DNA from: Isurus oxyrinchus
Taxonomy: Eukaryota
Reading direction: 5' to 3'
Length of the DNA: 64,000 bases
Assembly (NCBI GenBank): GCA_026770705.1
Contig: JANJGN010000034.1
Span: 16,430,001 to 16,494,000 of the forward strand
Shown: positions 59,401 through 64,000 of the stretch, one piece after another
Numbering within the stretch: position 1 is the first letter of the stretch
How the letters are laid out: each line of letters opens with the position of its first letter
The notes under the pieces: model-generated
The model's database searches: none
Seen by the model: only the letters and a program-made list of their open reading frames with translations
Told to the model about the DNA's origin: nothing
Translations under genes and position numbers: made by a program

Positions 59401-62400
59401 CTGGCCCTGGAGAGGGTCCAGAGGAGGTTCACAAGAACGAACCCAGGAATGAAAGGCTTAGCATTGGAGGAACGTTTGAGGACTCTGGGTCTATACTCGA
59501 TGGAGTTTAGAAGGATGAGGGGGGATCTGATTGAAACTTACAGAATACTGAAAGACCTGGATAGAATGGACGTGGGGAAGATGTTTTCATTAGTAGGAGA
59601 GACTAGGACCCGAGGGCACAGCCTCAGAGTAAAGAGAAGACCTTTTAGAACAGAGATGAGGAGAAACTTCTTTAGCCAGAGAGTGGTGAATCTATGGAAT
59701 TCATTGCCACAGAAGGCTGTGGAGGCCAGGTCACTGAGTGTATTTAAGACCGAGATAGATAGGTTCTTGATTGGTAAGGGGATCAAAGGTTACGGGGAGA
59801 AGGCAGGAGAATGGGGTTGAGAAACTTATCAGCCATGACTGAATGGTGGAGCAGACTCAATGGGCCGAATGACCTACTTTCTGCTCCTATGTCTTATGGT
59901 CTTATGACCCAGCGACAGTGAAGGAACTGTCAATATATTTCCAAGTCAGGACGGTGTGTGATTTGGACAGGAACTTCCAGGTGGTGGTATTCCCATCTAT
60001 CTGCTGCCCTTGTCCTTCTAGATGGTAGTGGTCGTGGGTTTGGAAGGTGCTGTCTAAGGAGCCTTGGTGAATTCCTGCAGTGCATCTTGCAGATGGTACA
60101 CACACTGCTGCTACTGTGCGTCAGTGGTGGAGGGAGTGAATGTTTGTGGATGGGGTGCCAATCAAGCGGGGCTGCTTTATCCTGGATGGTGTCGAGCTTC
60201 TTGAGTGTTGTGGGAGCTGCACTCGTCCAGGCAAGTGGGGAGTATTCCATCACACTCCTGACTTGTGCCTTGTAGATGGTGGACAGGCTTTGGGGAGTCA
60301 GGAGGTGAGTTACTCACCGTAGGATTCCCAGCCTCTGACCTGCTCTTGTAACCACAGTATTTATATGGCTGGTCTAGTTAATTTTCTGGTCAACAATAAC
60401 CTCCAGGATGTTGATAGTGGGGGATTCAGTGATGGTGATGCCATTGAACATCAAGGGGCAATGGATGAATTCTCTCTTGTTGGAGATGGTCATTGCCTGA
60501 CACTTGTGTGGTGTGAATGTTACTTGCCACTTGTCAGCTCAAGCCTGGATATTGTCCAGGTCTTGCTACATTTGGACATGGACTGCTTCAGTATCTGAGG
60601 AGTCATGAATGGTGCTGAACATTGTGCAATCATCAGCGAACATCCCCACTTCTGACCTTATGATGGAAGGAAGGTCATTGATGAAGCAGCTGAAGATGGT
60701 TGGGCCGAGGACACTACCTTGAGGAACTCCTGCAGTGATGTCCTGGAGTTGAGTTGACTGACCTCCAACAACCACAACCATCTTCCTTTGTGCTCGGTAT
60801 GACTCCAACCAGTGGAGAATTTTCCCCCTGATTCCCATTGACTCCAGTTTTGCTAGGGCTCCTTGACGCCACACTCGGTCAAATGCTGCCTTGATGTCAA
60901 GGGCAGTCACTCTCACCTCACCTCGGGAGTTCAGTTCTTTTGTCCATGTTTGAACCAAGACTGTAATGAGGTCAGGAGCTGAGTGGCCCTGGCAGAACCC
61001 AAACTGAGCGTCAGTGAGCAGGTTATTGCTAAGCAAGTGCCACTTGCCAGCACTGTCGATGACCCCTTCCATCACTTTACTGATGATGGAGAGTAGACAG
61101 ATGGGGCAGTAATTGGCCGGGTTGGATTTGTCCTGCTTTTTGTGTACAGGACATACCTGAGTAATTTCCCACATAGCCGGGTAGATGCCAGTGTTGTAGC
61201 TGTACTGGAATAGCCTGGCTAGGGACACAGCAAGTTCTGGAGCACAAGTCTTCAGTACTACTGCCGGAATATTGTTAGGACTCATAGCCTTTGCAGTATC
61301 CAGTACCTTCAGCCGTTTCTTGATATCATGTGGAGTGAATCGAATTGGCTGAAGACTGGCCTCTGTGATGCTGGGGACCTCTGGAGGCTGAGATCCACTC
61401 GGCACTTCTGGCTGAAGATTGTAGCAAATGCTTCAGCCTTATCTTTTGCACTGATGTGCTGGGCTCCTCCATCACTGAGGATGGGGATATTTGTGGAGCC
61501 TCCTCCTCCAGTCAGTTGTTTAATTGTCCACCACCATTCATGAGTGGATGTGACAGGACTGCAGAGCTTAGATCTGATCCGTTGGTGTGAGATCACTTAG
61601 CTCTGTCTATCACTTGCTGCTTATGCTGTTTGGCAAGTAGGCCTGTGTTGCAGCTTCACCAGGTTAACACCTCATTGTTAGGTATGCCTGGTGCTGCTCC
61701 TGGCATGTCCTCCTGCACTCTTCACTGAACCAGGGTTGATCCCCTGGCCTGATGGTAATGGTAGAGTGGGGGATATGCCGGGCCATGAGGTTACAGATTG
61801 TGTTCCAGTACAATTCTGCTGCAGCTGATGGCCCAAAGCGCCTCATGGATGCCCAGTCTTGAGTTACTAGGTTAGTTCGAAATCTATCCCATTTAGCACT
61901 GTGGTAGTGCCACACAACATGATGGAGGGTATCCTCAATGTGAATGTGGGACTCTGTCTCTACAACGACTGTGTGGTGGTCACTCCCACCGATACTGTCA
62001 TGGACAGATGCATCTGCGGCAGGCAGGTGGGTGAGGATGAGGTCAAGTAGGTTTTTCCCTCTTGTTGGTTCCCTCACCACCTGCTGCAGACCCAGTCTAG
62101 CAGCTATGTCCTTCAGGACTCAGCCAGCTCGGTCAGTAGTGGTGATACCGAGAAACTCTTGGTGATGGACATTGAAGTCCCCACCCAGAGTAGATTCTGT
62201 GCCCTTGCCACCCTCAGTGCTTCCTCCAAGTGATGTTCGACATGGAGGGGCACTGATTCATCAGCTGAGGGAGGGCAGTACGTGGTAATCAGCAGGAGGT
62301 TTCCTTACCCATGTTTGACCTGATGCCATGAGACTTCATGGGGTCTGGAGTTGATGTAGACGACTCTCAGGGCAATTCTCTCCCGACTGTTTACCACTGT

Positions 62401-62993
62401 GTCACCACCTCTGCTGGGCCTGTCCTGCTGGTGGGACAGGACATACCCAGGGATGGTGATGCTGGAGTCTGGGACGTTATCTGTAAGGTATGATTGCGTG
62501 AGGATGACTATGTCAGGCTGTTGCTTGACTAGTCAGTGAGACAGCTCTCCCAGTTCTGGCACAAACCCCAGATGTTAGTGAGGAGGAGTTTGCAGGGTTG
62601 ACAGGGCTGAGTTTGCCGTTGTCGTTTCCGGGGCCTAGGTCGATGCCGGGTGGACCGTCCGGTTTCGTTCCTTCTTTGTAACTTTATCACAGTTTGATTG
62701 TACTGAGTATCTCTCTTGGCCAGTTCAGGGGGACACTTAACAGTCAACCACGTTGTTGTGGGTCTGGAGTCACATGTAGGCCAGACCGGGTAAGGAGGGC
62801 AGATTTCCCTCCGCAAAGGGCCTTAGGGACCCAGATCGGTTTTTACGAGAATCGACAATGGTTTCATGGTCATCATTGGACTTTTAATTCCAGATGTTTT
62901 TATTGAATTCAAATTCTACCATCTGCCGTGGCATTTCTCTGGGTCTCTGGGTTACTAGCCCAGCGACAATACCACTATACCAACGCCGCCCCC
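56418..62993 (-). mobile_element. Apparently full-length (~3.26 kb) HER1-like LINE, split at 56587/59905 by a CR1 insertion; SINE-like head, APE endonuclease, RT, no ORF1
   Basis: Head 62700-62993 homologous to HE1-like SINEs; APE (LLLTNIWGL..QPDIVILT, EPTRGKNLLDLILT..GGSDH); RT (LDIKAAFDRV, GVPQGSVLGP, MFADDCT); 3' tail with an A-rich end at 56418-56587. Inactivated by stops and frameshifts. Confidence 0.88.
56588..59904 (+). mobile_element. Near-complete CR1 LINE (ORF1 SGNH-esterase C-terminus, ORF2 APE + RT), pseudogenised
   Basis: NMWLKEWC..GFHF..DGLHLN (esterase); LKVLYLNVRII..GITETWL (APE); YLNFQKAFDKVPH, GVPQGSVLGP, KFADDTK (RT); (TCTTATGG)n tail. Confidence 0.93.
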
Positions 62994-63460
62994 AAAATGC
63001 TGTCTGGGATGAGCGGGTTATCCTATGAACAGCCATTGAGTACATTTGACCTATATCCTCTAGAGTTTAGGGGTGATCTCATTGAAACATATAAAATTAC
63101 CGGGTTGATGCTGAGAGGCTATTTCCCCACCGTCCCCCGCCCCCCCCCCTCATAACTGGAGAGTCTAGGACTCGATGGGTGGGGGAGGTGTGGGGGGGGT
63201 GCGGAGCGGTGGTGGGTGGGTCACAATCTCAGGATAAGGGGGTGGCCATTTTGGACTGAGATGAGGAGAAATGTCTTCGCTCAGAGCGTTGCGAATCTTT
63301 GGAATTCTCTCACCCAGAGAGCTGTGGATGCTCCGTCGATGACTCTATTCAAGGCTCAGGTCGATAGATTTTTTTTGGCAATAAGGGATAGGGCGGGAAA
63401 GTGGAGTCGAGGTAGAGGATTAGCAAGGGAAGATGGGCTTGAGGGGCCGAATGGCCTCTT
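62994..63460 (+). mobile_element. Old CR1 3' fragment, continuing from 56315-56417 (host of the HER1-like insertion)
   Basis: 56315-56417 ends ..AGGTTCACTAGAC and 62994 resumes ..ATGCTGTCTGGGATGAGCGGGTTATCCTATGA, collinear with CR1 ORF2. Confidence 0.7.
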
Positions 63461-63477
63461 TCTTTCCTTTGCTCTTT

Positions 63478-63800
63478 GATGGGATGTGGGTAAGGTCAGC
63501 ATTGGTTGCCCATCCCTAATTGCCCTTGTACTGAGTGTCTTGCTCGGTCATTTCAGAGGGGCAGTTTGGAGCCAACCACGTGGCTGTGGGTCTGGAGTCA
63601 CGTGTAGGCCCAGACCGGGTAAGGAGGGCAGATTTCCTTCCCTAAAGGGGCATTAGTGACCCAGATGGGTGTTGTTATTAACAACGATTGATGATATACG
63701 GCTAGCTTTATAATTCCAGTGGTGGGCCTTGAACCCCTGACCCCCACAGCTTTAGCCTGGGCCTCTGGATTACCAGTCCAGTGACATTGCTGCTGCACCC
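63478..63800 (-). mobile_element. HE1-like tRNA-derived SINE
   Basis: Same body as 27640-27976, B-box-like GGTTCAAGGCC, HER1-like tail. Confidence 0.78.
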
Positions 63801-64000
63801 CCATCTTGGCCTGCTCCCTGTATCTGATGCTCATGTCCGGTCCAGGCTGCGGTGGGCTCTGACAGTGGGGGATTACGTTCCAAATGCACAGCACTGTCTT
63901 GCCCCCTCCCCCCTCACTGAGATGGGATGGAATCAGCTGCATTGTCACCGTTAGGCTTCAGGCCCCTGAAATTCCCAAGAGCTGACACAAATCCGGGTTT

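Overview
Repeat-dense eukaryotic (vertebrate) genomic DNA with four assembly gaps. The repeat complement (CR1 and L2 LINEs, HE1/HER1-type SINE/LINE pair, Deu-domain-type SINE, Penelope-like elements) points to a cartilaginous fish; that is inferred, not seen directly. One host protein-coding gene can be assembled from the sequence: a + strand B7-family (CD80/CD86/ICOSL-like) gene with four coding exons (24181-24232, 28337-28657, 30181-30459, 34215-34324; all introns GT-AG, phase 1; 253 aa = signal peptide + IgV + IgC + short hydrophobic tail). It has no cytoplasmic domain and looks GPI-anchored. Ets-IRF composite motifs lie near it, and a separate kappaB+ISRE promoter with a probable non-coding first exon lies at about 54.8-55.1 kb. 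The most striking mobile structure is a ~3.1 kb near-perfect palindrome (7982-11084) of two 5'-truncated Neptune-type Penelope copies (RT C-terminus + GIY-YIG), inserted in a (TATC)n microsatellite, each arm ending in a minimal hammerhead-ribozyme fold with a variant core. Other highlights are a full-length ORF1-less LINE whose 5' end is a tRNA-derived SINE head, several multi-level nested insertions, and at least five minisatellite families (33, 37, 42, 56, 69 bp), most amplified from defined segments of transposons and some at the same position in separate copies. The very long ORFs in the track (e.g. 1054 aa, 858 aa) are artefacts of these tandem arrays.
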